Shown piece by piece: positions 1 to 13,204 of a stretch of DNA of 64,000 nucleotides. Origin of the DNA: Camelus dromedarius. Its lineage: Eukaryota. The position numbers were made by a program, and so were the translations under genes. The stretch lies in contig NC_087455.1 of the NCBI RefSeq assembly GCF_036321535.1, positions 7,254,001 through 7,318,000 on the forward strand, written 5' to 3'. Numbering within the stretch: the first letter of the stretch is position 1; every line of letters begins with the position of its first letter. Under the pieces are notes generated by a model, which was not told where the DNA came from, did not search any database, and saw only the letters and a list, made by a program, of their open reading frames with translations.

Positions 1-1124
1 AGGGGACCTTCTCGGGGACACAGAAGAACAGAGCACAGGTAAGTGAGCCCCGCTGCAGAAGAGCCCACCAGAAGGGTTTCCCGCAGGGCCATTGTCTTCT
101 GAAGTCCAGGAATGTGATCAGCTGGGCAGGCGAGACCCAAGCTGGGCTTTGTCTATTCACCCTGAAGCCCTCCTGGTGAGGGGAGGAGAGGGGGTCCTTC
201 CTGTGGGAATCATGTGATAGTTTTGTAGATGCAACCCTGGCAGCAGCGGATAATGATGGATTTTACAGAATATTCTCAAGCACCATGAAAACATTCATGT
301 TTACAAGGCCATGAGCAGCCTGGCTACCCCTCAGAGGTGCTGCTAAGGTGGGGGACCAGAGATCACAAACGTAACTGCCCCAGGGCAGGTGTGGTTCTCC
401 TGTTTGCCTTGGGCCTCCCCTCCCCCCAGCACCCTACACTCTCGCTGGCCCGCCTGGCTCCTCCCGGATGTGGCATGTCAATCAGGGACACATTGAGTGG
501 CTACAGTGTCCATTCTTTCACCCAGCAGACAGGCTTCTTCATCACCCCTGCCCACAGGCTGACCTGCCTCCTCTCTCCCTGCCCTCCCCTCCCTCTCTCT
601 TTCTCTCTGACTTTCCGCTCCACCCAAGGAATAACAACCGTAGTTCCCGGGGATGGAGGAGCCTCAGACACCACGCACGGATGGATTTACATCCTGTGAA
701 GGTATGCATTGGTATCTTCCACTGCCTGAAATGACTCTCTCTCAAGAGACCCTCATAGACATCTCATTCATTAAACAATTCCAGAACACTTCCATTTTGC
801 TTACATTCTTCAGGGTTTGCGTAAATGAAGGCACTGACCCCGTCAGATGAAACTTGCTCTTAAATAGTTTTTTTTTTTTTTTTTGCTGGATTTGTTGTTG
901 TGCATGCTTTCTCCCTCATTTCACGTTACTTTCTGTGCCCACTGGCCATCCGAGGAGCCATCCACGTTTATGAAATGGATAGTGGGGTTGGAAGCTTAGA
1001 GGGCAGTCCGTGGCTGTAGAATGGAGTGGGGTTAGGGGTGCATTCACCACTTAGACCCTTGGCATCACCATGTCACCTCCACGGTCAGCCACTCAAATAC
1101 ATTCTAAGGTTTGGGGGTGAGTAC

Positions 1125-1205
1125 CTGTCTCTGTTGGAGATGGTGGCCTTGGTTCCATGTCTCTTCTGCATCCCATAGACTCAGACCGAGACCCCATGTC
1201 AGAAT
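1125..1205 (-). CDS. TG: TG exon 29 (81 nt) DSDMGSRSESMGCRRDMEPRPPSPTET
   Basis: ttttttctcttag|ATTCTGAC...GAGACAG|gtactc; similar to human DSDMGSRPESMGCRKD. Confidence 0.96.
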
Positions 1206-1469
1206 CTAAGAGAAAAAAAGACTGTTGTTCTAATGTTGGGAAGAAAAAGGGGAGCTATCCCTCTGGTCAACGAAATGGTAATGACAGTTGTGGGAAATCC
1301 CTGCGGTCCACAGCCAGGCGCTCAGACAAGATCTGGAACAACCCAGTGGCCTATGCCTGCGCTCCCTGGCCTTGTATGGAATGTCAGCCAACCTCTCTCC
1401 ATAGCAGGGCTATTATTGTCCTTGATACTGAAAGTATTATCATTTGCAAAGAGTTAACGAAATAGGTTT

Positions 1470-1610
1470 ATAAATATTGGTCTTTATGACACCCTGTGAA
1501 GGTAAAGAGTAACATTTCCACTTTACTCTTGAGAAAACTGAAACTCAGAGAATTGAAATAACTTCTCCCAGAACATGGAGGTGAAAAGTAGATGAATTGA
1601 AATTCGAAAA
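1470..1610 (-). mobile_element. MIR fragment
   Basis: accctgtgaaggta...gagaaaactgaaactcagagaattgaaataactt resembles the reversed MIR core. Confidence 0.6.
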
Positions 1611-1764
1611 AATTAAAGAAAATTTCCAAGGCGGGAACAGGTCTTCCACGAGGGGGAACAGGGTTTTACGCAGGTCCTTGGGTGCTTCTGTTTAGTGGGG
1701 CAGATGTCCTGGGGAGAAGCAAATCCTTAGTTTTTCACCAGCTAGCAAATCATTTACCAGAAAT

Positions 1765-1875
1765 TTCTTTTTTCTTTTTGATTGTATTTTTTAAATTGTT
1801 GATGTACAACATCACATGAGTTACAGTGTGCTATACGGTGATTCACAATTTTAAAGGTTACACTCCATGTATGCA
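1765..1875 (-). mobile_element. L1 3'-UTR fragment
   Basis: T-rich tail followed by ttgatgtacaacatcacatgagttacagtgtgctatacggtgattcacaattttaaagg, resembling a reversed L1M 3' end. Confidence 0.7.
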
Positions 1876-2164
1876 TCTTAAGCTACAGGATATTGTACAA
1901 CAATAGGTGGAAATCACTGGACTTGGAGCTAGTGTCTGGGTCCCACCCCAGGACCTCCTGTGGGCATTTCACTGAACCTCTCCAAGTCTCTCTCTCTTTT
2001 TTTTTTGTCTGAAAAATAAACAAAATGTCACCCAACCCTCATATATACAATGTAGGTATGACTAAATGAGAAAAGAAGCATATAACCCCATTATGTCACC
2101 TTAAAATGCAAGTGATGATGGGCACCTTCATCCCCCTTCCGTTTCTTCCTCTTCCTCCATCATC

Positions 2165-2385
2165 ATCTCCACCACCATCAGTACCACTGATTAGCCCTGG
2201 TGATGCACCAGGCACTGTCCTAGGCACTTTACAGGCATGACTGAGCCAACGCTCACACAACTCTATGAGGTTGGCACCATTTTTAACGCCATGTTACCCA
2301 TGTGTTCAAGGTCACATGGGTGGGAAGTAACAGAACCAGAATTCATACCCAGACACTCTAAGTCCACAGTCTGCTCTCTCCCACT
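2165..2385 (-). mobile_element. MIR
   Basis: ccaggcactgtcctaggcacttta...aactctatgaggt...ttcaaggtcacatg...ccagaattcatacccag. Confidence 0.7.
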
Positions 2386-3186
2386 ATTTCACAGGCATAG
2401 AAACAGGTCACCAGTCCTATCTCTTAGGGGACTGGAGATGAGTGAGGAGGAATCACAGGAAGAGGAGGGAAACAGCGATACAGGGGCCGGATCTTTCCTG
2501 TGCCCGCACCTAGCACCTATGGCCATAACACGCAGCGGTCCCTGCCTGTCTGCTCCCTTCTGAGGCTGGAGCCCCTGACCCATCAAAGTTGCGCCTCACT
2601 CGTCCCTCTCACCATGTTGCTCAGACCCATCCCTAATGCCTTTCTCAGTCCCTGGCTCTGAGTGGGCACCTGATCAATGTTTAGAAAACTCAAAGGAGGA
2701 CAAAGCAAGCAGAATAGAGACGCCGAGCGTGTATTTCACCTGCGCCCCCACCGGTTAAGTGCACCCCCAGGAGCAGGCACACCAAGCATGAGTCCACAGC
2801 ACACCTGCCTCGAGGAGGGAGGCCCCCGTGCCCCAGTGCCCTTGGAAAAAAGCCTCCCCTAGTTTGCAGGGGGCCTCAGAGCTCCCATCCTCCTAACAAG
2901 GGCAGCTTGTGGTCAGCGAACTTGATCTCACAGGAGCCAGTGCTTCCTCCCTCCCTCCTTGCTTAAGTTTCCACACTTTTAGCTTTTGTTTTACACTGTG
3001 GCATCTTATCTGATGAGAGTGGAGGCCCTTCTCACCACACAGAGCACTCACTTCAAAGTACATCTCTACATTTGCTCTCTGGCGAGTAGAGTGCCTGTGA
3101 GTGAGCCGTGAGGCCAGTCTCTGGTGACCAGTGTCCTGCTCAGCCCCCTACCCCCCACCCCCACCCCCCACAACCACAGAGCTTAC

Positions 3187-3252
3187 CTTTCCAGAGATAA
3201 ACCTGCTGGAAACTGGTAACGGTGTCCTGTGCGCCTTCCAGGGCTGTCAGAC
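3187..3252 (-). CDS. TG: TG exon 28 (66 nt) GLTALEGAQDTVTSFQQVYLWK
   Basis: ctctgcag|GTCTGACA...TGGAAAG|gtaagc; matches FQQVYLWK motif. Confidence 0.97.
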
Positions 3253-4133
3253 CTGCAGAGAAGATGTTTATTTGTACGGCCTTGAGCATGCTGTTAGGAA
3301 AGGGTATCTATCAGTTCTTCACACTTTAATAAGAATTTAAATCACTATGTTTGTTTTCTTGGGGATTTGCTGTACTTAAAGACTGATCTCTTATTGTGGA
3401 AAAGGATTTATACCCTATTGTTTCCAGTTGGAAGTGGTCTCCTGATCAGTCTATGAACCAGGCAACCTCCAATTTGGAACATCATGAAATCAGGCTGCCT
3501 GAAATCTCCATCAAAAGGTTCCCTTCTTAAAGCTTTGCCCACACCCCCAAAGATACACAGACACACAAGGCCCTGGAAAAAAAAAACCTCAAAAGCCTTT
3601 GTTGACCACTCCTTCTCAGGGAGGCCAGACAAGAGCATATTCTTGGTTTCTTGGGCACCTACCAAGCACATGCTCTGTATTAAGCAATTCATTCTGGATT
3701 TACTGCCCGTGAATGGATCAAATGTTTTCCTTCAAATGCTCATTTTCACCCTGGGCTACCTCTCAGAGTAATGGATCCCATATGTTTACAATCCGTCATA
3801 TAAATAAGCTATTTGCTTTTATTTACCCCAAAGAAACTGATACTCATGGAATTCCACCAAATTCTGCAATATTTTTTCCAGGCTTTGGTAAATAGGCACT
3901 CCACAGATATTATGCATGTTCTCTAGGCCAGGTTTTATGTTCCATGGTGAGACTCCAGGAATTACTAAGACATAGTTCTTATTATATATTATATAAAAAG
4001 TCAAGGGCTTAAAATATAGCAAAAAAACAATAATAGGTCTTTAAAATGATAATAATTTCATCTAATATTCATACTATGTGTCAGATGCTCTGCTAAGTTC
4101 CACACGTGTATTATTTGTAAGTGCCAATGTAGG

Positions 4134-4370
4134 GAAGCAGTTAAGAATGTCACTTTGGAGCCAGAATGCCTGGTTTCAGACCCCAGCCCTTCTACTCAGA
4201 AGCTCTGAGACCTTGGGAAGACCTCACTTCTGTGTGCCTCAGTTTCCTCAGCTGTAAAATGGGGATAATGATAATAATAGTGTCTCCCTCAAAGCACTGT
4301 GTCGAGGATTCATGAGTTCGTGCAGGTCAAGAGCTTGGAGCAGCGCCTGCCTGGTTCCCAGTAAGCACGA
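4134..4370 (+). mobile_element. MIR, near full length
   Basis: gttaagaat...ggagccagaatgcctggttt...cctcagtttcctcagctgtaaaatggggataat. Confidence 0.85.
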
Positions 4371-4394
4371 AGGAAGACTTTTCTGTTACTGCTG

Positions 4395-4535
4395 TTACTG
4401 GTTATCCTCTCTTTTCATCTTCACAACAACCCCGTGAGAGGGGAGCTGCCACTACGGCACTAGCAATTAGGCCTGAAGGTATTTACTGACTTGCTCGAGG
4501 TCACACAGCTGGTGTCCAAAGCTGGGATTCAACCT
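4395..4535 (-). mobile_element. MIR fragment
   Basis: cttcacaacaaccccgtgag...gacttgctcgaggtcacacagctgg...gggattcaacc. Confidence 0.65.
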
Positions 4536-6252
4536 CACAGGCAAACTCTCAGCTGGGCCAGTGAGGGAGGCAGACAGGCAAAGGTGCACTTCCGGCACAC
4601 CGCCCGCTGCACTAACAGCGCAATGCACGGAGCACGCGCAAAGCTCTGCAGAAGAGGAAGCAGTAAGCACCGCAGGGCAGTCAGGGAGGGCTCCCGGAGG
4701 AGGTGAAATTGAGCTCTCTGACATCAGAATTGCAAGAGCTGCAGTGCACTGAGAAGCAGGGCTTGGCAACTTCTCCAGGAGGCATGACACGGTCTCTGCC
4801 AACGCTTGGAAGACCCTGTCCCATAGAGACAGGGAACCTTCCACGGGATCCCCCCAGACGTCTCCTTTGACCTCCACTCGGTCCCCTCCCCTCCCCTATC
4901 TGGCTGACATCAGTACATGCTTCACGCCTCCCAGCTCAGAGGGCAGACTGGAAACACGGCGTAGAGTTTGAGTTCAGGTAATAGAGCAGAGAGGAGGCAG
5001 ACGAGCCGGGCTTCCCCCAACCTCACACTGGATCCAGGAGAGGGAAGGGAGCAGCTGGGTCCTATTCTCACTGTAACCTCAGGCTCTCCAGGTCGGAAGA
5101 AAACTTCCAGGCCCCCTAATCAGTGCTTCACAGACTTAGCAGGCTTGGCATTATCCAGACAGCCCATTAGAATGAATTCCTGTGGCCTCCCTGGTCTAAG
5201 AAGAGGCCTGAGAATTTATATTTCTAGTGGGCTTCTGGTGAGGCTGCCCTGTGGTCCTGACCGCACTGACGAGCACTGGTGAGGTCAGCCCCGGCTCAGG
5301 ACCCAGCGGCACCCACTCCTCCCTGAGGGAGATGTGCGGAGAGGCCCACCGGGTGGGGGAGGCGAAGAGATTGCCGCCCGGCCACCTGGGGCTGCGGATG
5401 CTAACGCCCGTCCCTGTAAAATGAGGGGCGGGCAAAGGCTCTCAGAGGTACCTTCTAGACCTAATGCTTATGGTTCGTGGAAAGGGGTGGAAGAGCTTCT
5501 GAGAGAAAGCAGGGGAAGAAGAAAGCTCCATGGTTATTTCAGTCAATCGAGCCCCTGTCACGGGGCCCACAGTTCCTTGCGCCCCAGTAATTAGAATGGG
5601 CAGTGCGATCATTACCGCCTGCAATTTCTTAACTCTAAGACAGGGAAAGACGCCCTGGGGACACTGGCTTGGGGGACAGCTCACGTTTTGGGCCCCAGTT
5701 CTTCACCTCTCCTGGTAGCCACATATTTTCCTGGGGCTTTGCAGTTCCTGCCACTAGCGGGAAGGAGTTTTTCCCCACCTGAATTGTCAGTCGGGCCAGC
5801 GCACTAAGGCAACGGCGACAGAGCGGCAGATCCAAGGCTCGCCCTCATCGCCTGGGGCATCGCCTTGTTCTCTCCTGCTTCTGCCCACAAGAGAACATGC
5901 TCCTTCAGAACAAGAGACACGTGAAGCAGGGCCAGGCCGTCCTGGCCAAGGCCAGACGAGATCGGCCAACTGCCAGGCGACCCCTAGATGCCTGAGCAAG
6001 TCTGGCCGAGGTCAGCATGGCCGCTAGCTGAGCCAGCCGCCCGCAGCGCACCTGCAGCCCAGGGCTACATCAGCGCGTCTTGCCGAGTGCTGTTGAGATG
6101 CTCTGGGTGTTTTTCATGCAGCATTTTGACTCAGTGGCTTTTCAGGATGCATTCCTCAGGGTACGGAGAGGGCTCCTAGTGGTCTAGCAGACCTTGTGGG
6201 TCAGGACAATTAATCGTGAAGGAACACACGCGGGCAGAAGGTAGAGACTTAC

Positions 6253-6417
6253 CCTTGAACTCCTGGCCTCCCAGACGCAGCATCACCTGGCCGCGATCCT
6301 GATCGTAAGTCACACCAGGGCATGTGGCATCAGCTTGGGCTTGAGAAGGGTCCCTCCAGTCTCTGACGTGGCAAAGCAGGACATTGGGAGAGCTCAGCAA
6401 CCCACAGACGATGGGAC
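6253..6417 (-). CDS. TG: TG exon 27 (165 nt) GPIVCGLLSSPNVLLCHVRDW...RLGGQEFK
   Basis: ctctgcag|GTCCCATC...TTCAAGG|gtaagt; inside ORF 6176..6463. Confidence 0.97.
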
Positions 6418-6794
6418 CTGCAGAGTCACGAGAGTGGGGAGAGGTCAGTGTGACGGGGACCAAGCAGGGCCCCTCTGGAGACTCATGTCTGCGCCCTGAG
6501 AGGCTTGCAGGGTGCAGACGGGGAGCAGCTCCTCGGGAGTGGACAGGAACACCAGAACTCAGGAGCCTGGTTTTAAACTGGGTTCTTCTTCCCCGATAGT
6601 TCTCCAGTTGTTTACTGGCAAATTCCCAAGCAGAGAGCCGCCACCATGCCTGCTGCCCCTCTCCTCCACCACGAGAGCCCTTCTCCCCGGGACAGCGGCA
6701 GTGACACCTCCGATGGCGCTCGGGGTCTTAGTGCCAGAATCCTCTGTCCCCATTTTCTCTTTTGAGGCTTCAAAGAAAGAAACAGCAGACTCAC

Positions 6795-6798
<4 letters not shown>

Positions 6799-6858
<60 letters not shown>
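6799..6858. repeat. Compound microsatellite (CT)18(CA)12
   Basis: Counted directly. Confidence 0.97.
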
Positions 6859-6859
<1 letters not shown>

Positions 6860-8960
6860 AGGTCATCAGTCTGGAAGGAGCTCAGGAAGGAGTATTTCGA
6901 TTCAAAGTGAAGAACTATTTACAAAGAGCTGTGCCCCCGTGGCGCACGCTTCCCTGCTGGGGCATGAGCTCCTCGTCTCTGGACGTGTCCAAGCCGAGGC
7001 TGTGTGCCCACAGCCCTGGGATGCACAGAGAGAAATCTGTTACTAGGTTTGGTGGGTGGAAGGCATCGGACTATTTTGTCTTGCATGTATCTTCCAAGTG
7101 AATTTTAAAAAATTAAAACCGCCTTAATGTTGTGACATTACTTAGTAGCAGAAAGACCTACCCCAAGCTAACTGCGTTTGAAAGTGATTTTAGTGAGAGA
7201 AACATGGGTAACACAATGTTCCGGATGCTGTGGTGCGCCAGCTCCTAGGGTAAGTACGCTAACCCCCTTAGATCGCACCAGCGTTATCATCTCCACCTCA
7301 CTGATCAGGACACGGAGTCTCACGTAAGTTAGTACATTGCCCGAATGTACTGAGACTTAGAAATGAAAGAATTTACGTATTATTTGGACACATAACCCTG
7401 TTAGGCAGTATAGTTGTTCAGATTCTCCTGGAAAAAAAGAAAAGAAAAGAAAAAGGAAAGAGACCACGCAGCCCCTAGTCCCTTCCTCATCCTAATTCAT
7501 GTTCAAATCCGGATAAGCTTCAAGCTTATCTCACCAAAATCTCCCCAAGGTGGATGACGCGTGGGCGTCTGGCTTATGAACCTGACATTTTGTTCTTCTC
7601 CTCTCCCACTTTTACTCTGAGTAGTTAAAAGCCATCACCATCATCAACATTATCAGCAGCAGTAGCATCTCTGTAAGAAGTAAACTTAGAGACCCATAAC
7701 CATGGTGGTTCTCAAACCAGGGTGCTTAGAGTGACTGTATCAAAAACAGAGAGAGATTTGAAAATGCTCGTCCCTTGGCACCAACCACAGAGTTTCTGAC
7801 TTGATAGGTCTCGGCTTGGGGGAGGTGGCATTTGGGAATCAGTCGTCGTGAGTCGCACCCAGATGAGGCTGGCACACAGCCAGATTCCAGAGTCCCTGAC
7901 TGAGTTAGAGCGTTTGGTTTCACAGACGGGGAACTGGAGGCACAAGAAGGGAGAATCGTTGGGCTAGTGGCTCAGAACTAGAGGAATGACCAGCAGGCAG
8001 CCAGTGCCTCGGCCAGCCAGGACTGAGTCGGAGCACAGGCAAGCGGGGGTGCACGAGAGCCCGCTGAGAGCCCAGAGAGGGTCTGAGCCCCGCAGCCGCC
8101 CCGCAACAAGCCAGAGGACAGAATCACGGAATTAAACAAGAGGTGGGGCATGTCTCCCTCCACTCCCAGACCTGGGAAGAGGAAGGCAGGCAGCTCTCTT
8201 CTGCAGCTAGCGCCAACTTGCCAGTGAGAGCCCTGGGGGTCTGAGAGGCGGGAGCCAGCTGCAGAAGGAAGTCAGCTTCCATGATGCCCCCGTGAGCCTC
8301 TGAACCCCACTTCCAAGTAGCCTCATGAAATGTAGGTACAGAAGCCTCATGAATTTTCTCAGCAGTGGAAACAAAGCCATTTAAGGGTTGGAGTTTGGAG
8401 GATGCTGGGACGTCGCAGGGAAGAAGGGGACAGGGGAGGAGGGGGAATCTCCCAGAAATTAAATGACTTTCCAGACTGCAGTAAAAGGATGTGCTAGGAT
8501 CCTGTTCCTGCTCATCAGCAAACCCAGCCAAAGCTTTGTAAGTTAAAACTCCACGTCTGCCCGTCAGACGAGACTGGGGAGCATCTGCCTGATGTTTTAT
8601 GTGTGTCTCGAAGAAAGCTGAGCTCGCAGCATTGTGAGGTGGCTGGTTGTTCAGCTCAACATAATTCACAGATCACAGGTCACCCTGGGAAGGGAAAGCA
8701 AGCCAGCTGCTAGACAGAAATGTCATGGAAAACAGGACTGTGTGGGCTGACTGCTCCATGGAACAAAATAATTATTCTATATATGATCCTAAGGAAAGTG
8801 AAATCAACTTTTCCAACTTGAAAAATCATATGGTCTGGTGAGTAATCAAACATCTGGGGGAACTGTGTCCTCAGAAGAGACATTTCTTTTAAAGAAGGCA
8901 GAAGGCACCCTGGGTTTGCACTGCAGTGTTCCTGAATATAGGCAGACATACAGACATAGA

Positions 8961-9368
8961 CAGACACCCCTCAGAGCCATTGCAGGTTTGGGTCCAGACC
9001 ACCACGATAAAGCGAATATTGGAATAAAATGAGTCCCACAGATTTTTTGGTTTCCTGATGCATATAAAACTTGCGTTCATACTATACTGTCGTCTACTAA
9101 ATGTGCAATTACAGCACTATGTCTAAAGAAACAAAGTCTACACCTTAATTTAAAAAATACCTTAGTGCTCAAATATGCTGCCCATCATCTGAGCCTTCAG
9201 CCAGTCCTAATCTTTTTACAACAGTCACATCAAAGACCGCTGATCACAGCTCTCCGTAACAAATGTCCTAATGACGAAAAAGTTTGAAAAACAGTGACCC
9301 TGAGACACGAAGTGAGCCAATGCCACTGGAAGGATGGCGCCAGGAAGAAATTATACAGGTCTGAGTGC
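8961..9368. mobile_element. Tigger1-family (TcMar) internally deleted DNA transposon
   Basis: cagacacccctcagagccattgcaggtttgggtccagaccaccacgataaagcgaatatt...catctgagccttcag...gagacacgaagtgagc matches recalled Tigger1 termini. Confidence 0.8.
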
Positions 9369-10699
9369 AGACAGCGGGGGTGGAGGCGGACTAAATCTTG
9401 ATCCCACAATCGGTAAGAAAGTAGCAACAAGAAACGGAGGTGACAGTTCAGCAGAGGGGAAGGATGGTTGTGGGACAATTCAGCATGATTCTTAGGTTGA
9501 CGGTTTGGGTGTCCTTCCCCACGACGGGATGTTTAGGGTAAAAACTGTTCATTTAGACGCACGCGACAGTCAAGGCCTTGGCCTGTGCTCCAGAGGCTGC
9601 AGGGGAAGGAATGGGCTGAGGAGGGGAGGAGCAGCGGGTCTTGGGAGGCATGGAGGAGAGTGTTTAAAGCCCTGGGGAGCGGTCCACAGTGCCGGCTGCT
9701 GGAGACAACCAGGCTGGGGAGGGGGGAGGACGGGGAGGGGCCCGTGGTGACTGTGAGCAGGGGAAGCACAGAGCATCCGGCTGCAGGGTCTGCTGTGGCG
9801 GAAAAGGAGAGAACTCGACCCGGAGCCCTGCTGTGTTATGCTTTCCTGTCTGTTCAGGAGGGAGAGAGTTGAAGGCTCTGGACCATGCAGAGGGGCACAC
9901 AGGGCAGGGCCCTGGCTGGTGTCAGGGTGGAGAACAGGAGCGAAGGATCAAGACCCTGAGGAGATGGAGGCAACAGGCTCTCGCCCCCACGAGGCAGGGT
10001 TCAGCCTCTCAGGAGGGACCCTCCACTTCTGAGCCTGGAGGGAAGGATGTACGGGTGTTGGCGTTGAGCCCCAGGTGCAGTGGATGGCGGGAGCCTGAAA
10101 GATACCTGCTTACTGCTAAGTCCGGTGTCATGGCTGGTACTCTCCAGAATGTGAGTTCTCCCCGATTCAGGCTCAGCTCACAGGGACACCCACTCTGACC
10201 AGACACTCTCTCCTCTCCTGTCACCTAAACACCACCCCTCCCACAGAGCCTGGCCCAGGTCTCGCCTCTTCCAGAAAGCCCTCCATGATCACCAAGTGCC
10301 CTGGGTACCTCCCTCCTCTGCACTCAAGTCTCCTCCGTCTTAGACACTCATGGCGCCTTGTTTACAGCGCCTGGTGCACGGCAGGCTCCGTACACATTTG
10401 CTCGATGACAGCACAGATGAAGGAGGGGAGGCCAAGGTCTTTTCATGGTGCGCTTGCCTCCCCAGCCACGCTCTGAGCTCCTTTCATCTCTTCTTAGTAT
10501 CTCAATATCTCAAACACTGGCTTGCACAGGTAACGTGATCAACTAAAATTTATAGTTGACTGTAAGTGAGGGTCATAACAAGGTAGATAAAACGACTTCA
10601 GTGTTTTTTAATCTTCAGAGTTCTCTCTAAGCTGAATGCTGCCGGTCACGTAGCTGGTCACAGGTAAGTCCCTCCATCACTAAGTTAATAGCACGGCAG

Positions 10700-10880
10700 G
10701 AGCCAAACCCAAGTCAGTGCTTAGTACCCGTTATCTTTATAACGAGGGGTCAGATAGGAATTACTGTTCTTGCTCTTTTATGGATAAAGGAACTACAACT
10801 TCGTTTTGGAAACTTGTCCAAGACTGCACAGACGGAAACTGACTGAGTGACGACTAGAACCCAGGTCTGTCTGACCTAAG
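10700..10880 (-). mobile_element. MIR fragment
   Basis: ttttatggataaaggaact...aacttgtccaagactgcacag...gaacccaggtctgtctgac. Confidence 0.65.
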
Positions 10881-11283
10881 TGCCTTCTCAACCACGAGCC
10901 TACACAGCCAAAGACATGGATTTATTTTTATAAACAGAAGTCCAGCCTCACTGTTGACAGACAACTGAAACTTCCAGTCCTGTGGATCCCAGGACCTGGC
11001 ATACAGTAGGCGCCCAACAGATAATGACTGAATAAATGATCCTGCGCGATGAGAATGAACTAGCATTTCTTGACCAAGTGCGGCTTGTCTAGGCTTCAGA
11101 GGTAGCGGTGAGACGCTATTGAAGATACACCTGGGCCCAAATCTCCATTCCACCACTGTGTGACTGTGCCGTGAGCTGGAGGACTATGAGAAGAAGAGGT
11201 CTGGGGAGCCCTACACCTTCCCCTAAACTTTGTAGACCTCAGGCTGTGGAAGAGGAGGGCCCCGGCCCTCGCTATCCCATTAC

Positions 11284-11475
11284 CTCCTTGGATCTGCGTG
11301 AGGATGAAGCCATCGCAGCAGGAATCATGGTCACAGGCAAGAAGACAGAAGAGGTGGACTTCAGTCAGACTGGCTCCTGAGGCTGAGAACACGACGGGGT
11401 TGTACATTCCAGAGAGCGTGTTTTGGAAACCAGTTTGTTCGAATCTTTTCTGACCTGTTGTGGTGAATTCTTGGC
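11284..11475 (-). CDS. TG: TG exon 26 (192 nt) GQEFTTTGQKRFEQTGFQNTLSGMYNPVVFSASG...CCDGFILTQIQG
   Basis: tttcccag|GCCAAGAA...CAAGGAG|gtaatg; type-3 repeat cysteines present. Confidence 0.97.
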
Positions 11476-12669
11476 CTGGGAAAAGGGCAGGAAAAAGAAA
11501 TTCTTTTAAGATCTCAAAAACAACGCAGAGTTAAGCAGAGTGTGCATCCAGTAGTGGAAGCTCTGACCATGCCAGGTGCAGGAGGGGTCCAGTGAGATGC
11601 TCTCTGTGCCACGCAAGCCCTGGGCCTCCGTGTGTGAAGAGTGTGGGGCCAGTCGAAGCCTTAGCCCCAGACCAGCAGCCCTGGACAAGTGCCCATCGTA
11701 CCTTTGTGGGTCTGAAAGGGGACTGTGGAAATCTGGCACTTATTATCACGTTTTTATTACCAGCAGATGTTTACTGAGCTCTGCATACCCAGAGCCCAGC
11801 CATGTGCTAGATGGCCTCATGTCATGTTCACTGCCCGTGAGCTCAGTCCCGCCTGCTCTGCAATCACGTGCATTTCTGCAGCACAAAGTGGTTTGAACAC
11901 ATGGTGGTCAGGCAGCCTGGCGGCTGCAATGCTGAGGCTGCACTGGTTGCTCTGCAGTTTCCCCAGCACGTCACTGCCTTGTGCCATCAAACTACAGGTG
12001 AATGTAGCGCCTACAAATGCAACTGCAGGCGTCAGGCGGCAGAAACACAGGAACGACGCCCATCAGCCCACGTGCCTCCTCTCCCCTCAGACTGGCCGGC
12101 AGCTCTGCCTTCAAAGTGACGTCTGCAATTTTGCCTTCTCGTTGCACATCTGGCCCTTGTCTCCCTAACTCAGCATCCTCAGCCCTTCCCTGCTCCATCC
12201 CCCATCAGCCTACCCTGCCCTTCCCACTCACTGCAGCTCTTCTTCAGGATGGATCCATTACGTCTTTTTCTTTTTAATTTTTGTTAGCATTTTAAACAGG
12301 ATTGTTTTTGTTTTTGTTTTTGTCAATCCTGTGGCTAAAAATGGCATGGTTTGAGTTTTGCCTGTCCCTGACTCTAGTTTTCCCATAAGCCCTGTTATTT
12401 TTAGAGCATCTTTTTTCAAATATGAGATTTTTCAGGGTAATATATATATATATACATATATATTTGGAAAGCCAAAATGCCTGGCCTATTATGATGTGCA
12501 TTTTACATTTGAGGAAAGAGAGCCTTAACAAGTGGGCGGTCTTGCCTAGGTTTTTACAGCTGGTCAGTGGCAGGAAGAACACCAGAGCCAGGGCTCTTGG
12601 CCACCCTGACCTCCCAGTGACTCAGCAGGTAACCAGATCTTAACCAACTCATGCACCTAAAAGTAGTGG

Positions 12670-12890
12670 AGACCTTACAGTGTGGGACCCAAGAGTGCAA
12701 GCTTCAGAACTAGACAGACCTGACTGCAAACCCCCACAGCACCCCCAGCAAGCGGGTTTTAAGTCCTCGGAGGCTCAGCTTTCCTTCTGTAACTGGGGAT
12801 GATTTTCTGTACGTAATCCTCACAAATGTCGATCAGTTAAACAGACAGACTGTCCACTAAGAGGCTGAGCAACAATCCTGGCCCTTGGCT
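12670..12890 (+). mobile_element. MIR
   Basis: cttcagaactagacagacctgactgcaaaccc...ctcagctttccttctgtaactggggatga. Confidence 0.6.
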
Positions 12891-13204
12891 GACATTCAGC
12901 AGATATACTACAGGTTTCCAGAAGCCTCCTTCCTTCTGCATCCAAGCATTGGCTCACTCAGCCTCCTCTGCCTGACTGCCCTCTAATTGTACCAGGTGAA
13001 GCCCCGGCCCATCCTTCAGCAAAGCGCGGCTCAACTTAAAGGGCCCATCTCCCAGATTTTTATGGTTAGACTTCGTCTGCCTCTATCCATGTCTCCTAGA
13101 TTCTGCCTGTGCCTCTACTAAACGCTCCGTCATCCTTCACCCTACAGTTCAGCCACGTGAGACAGCGGCTGCTCCCCCACCAGCTGTGAGTCCCTGGAGC
13201 CAGT

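Noticed and set aside
31-44. Strong plus-strand donor CAG|GTAAGT suggesting an antisense exon
   Set aside because: It is a single short motif at the window edge with no acceptor or ORF support; such matches are expected by chance.
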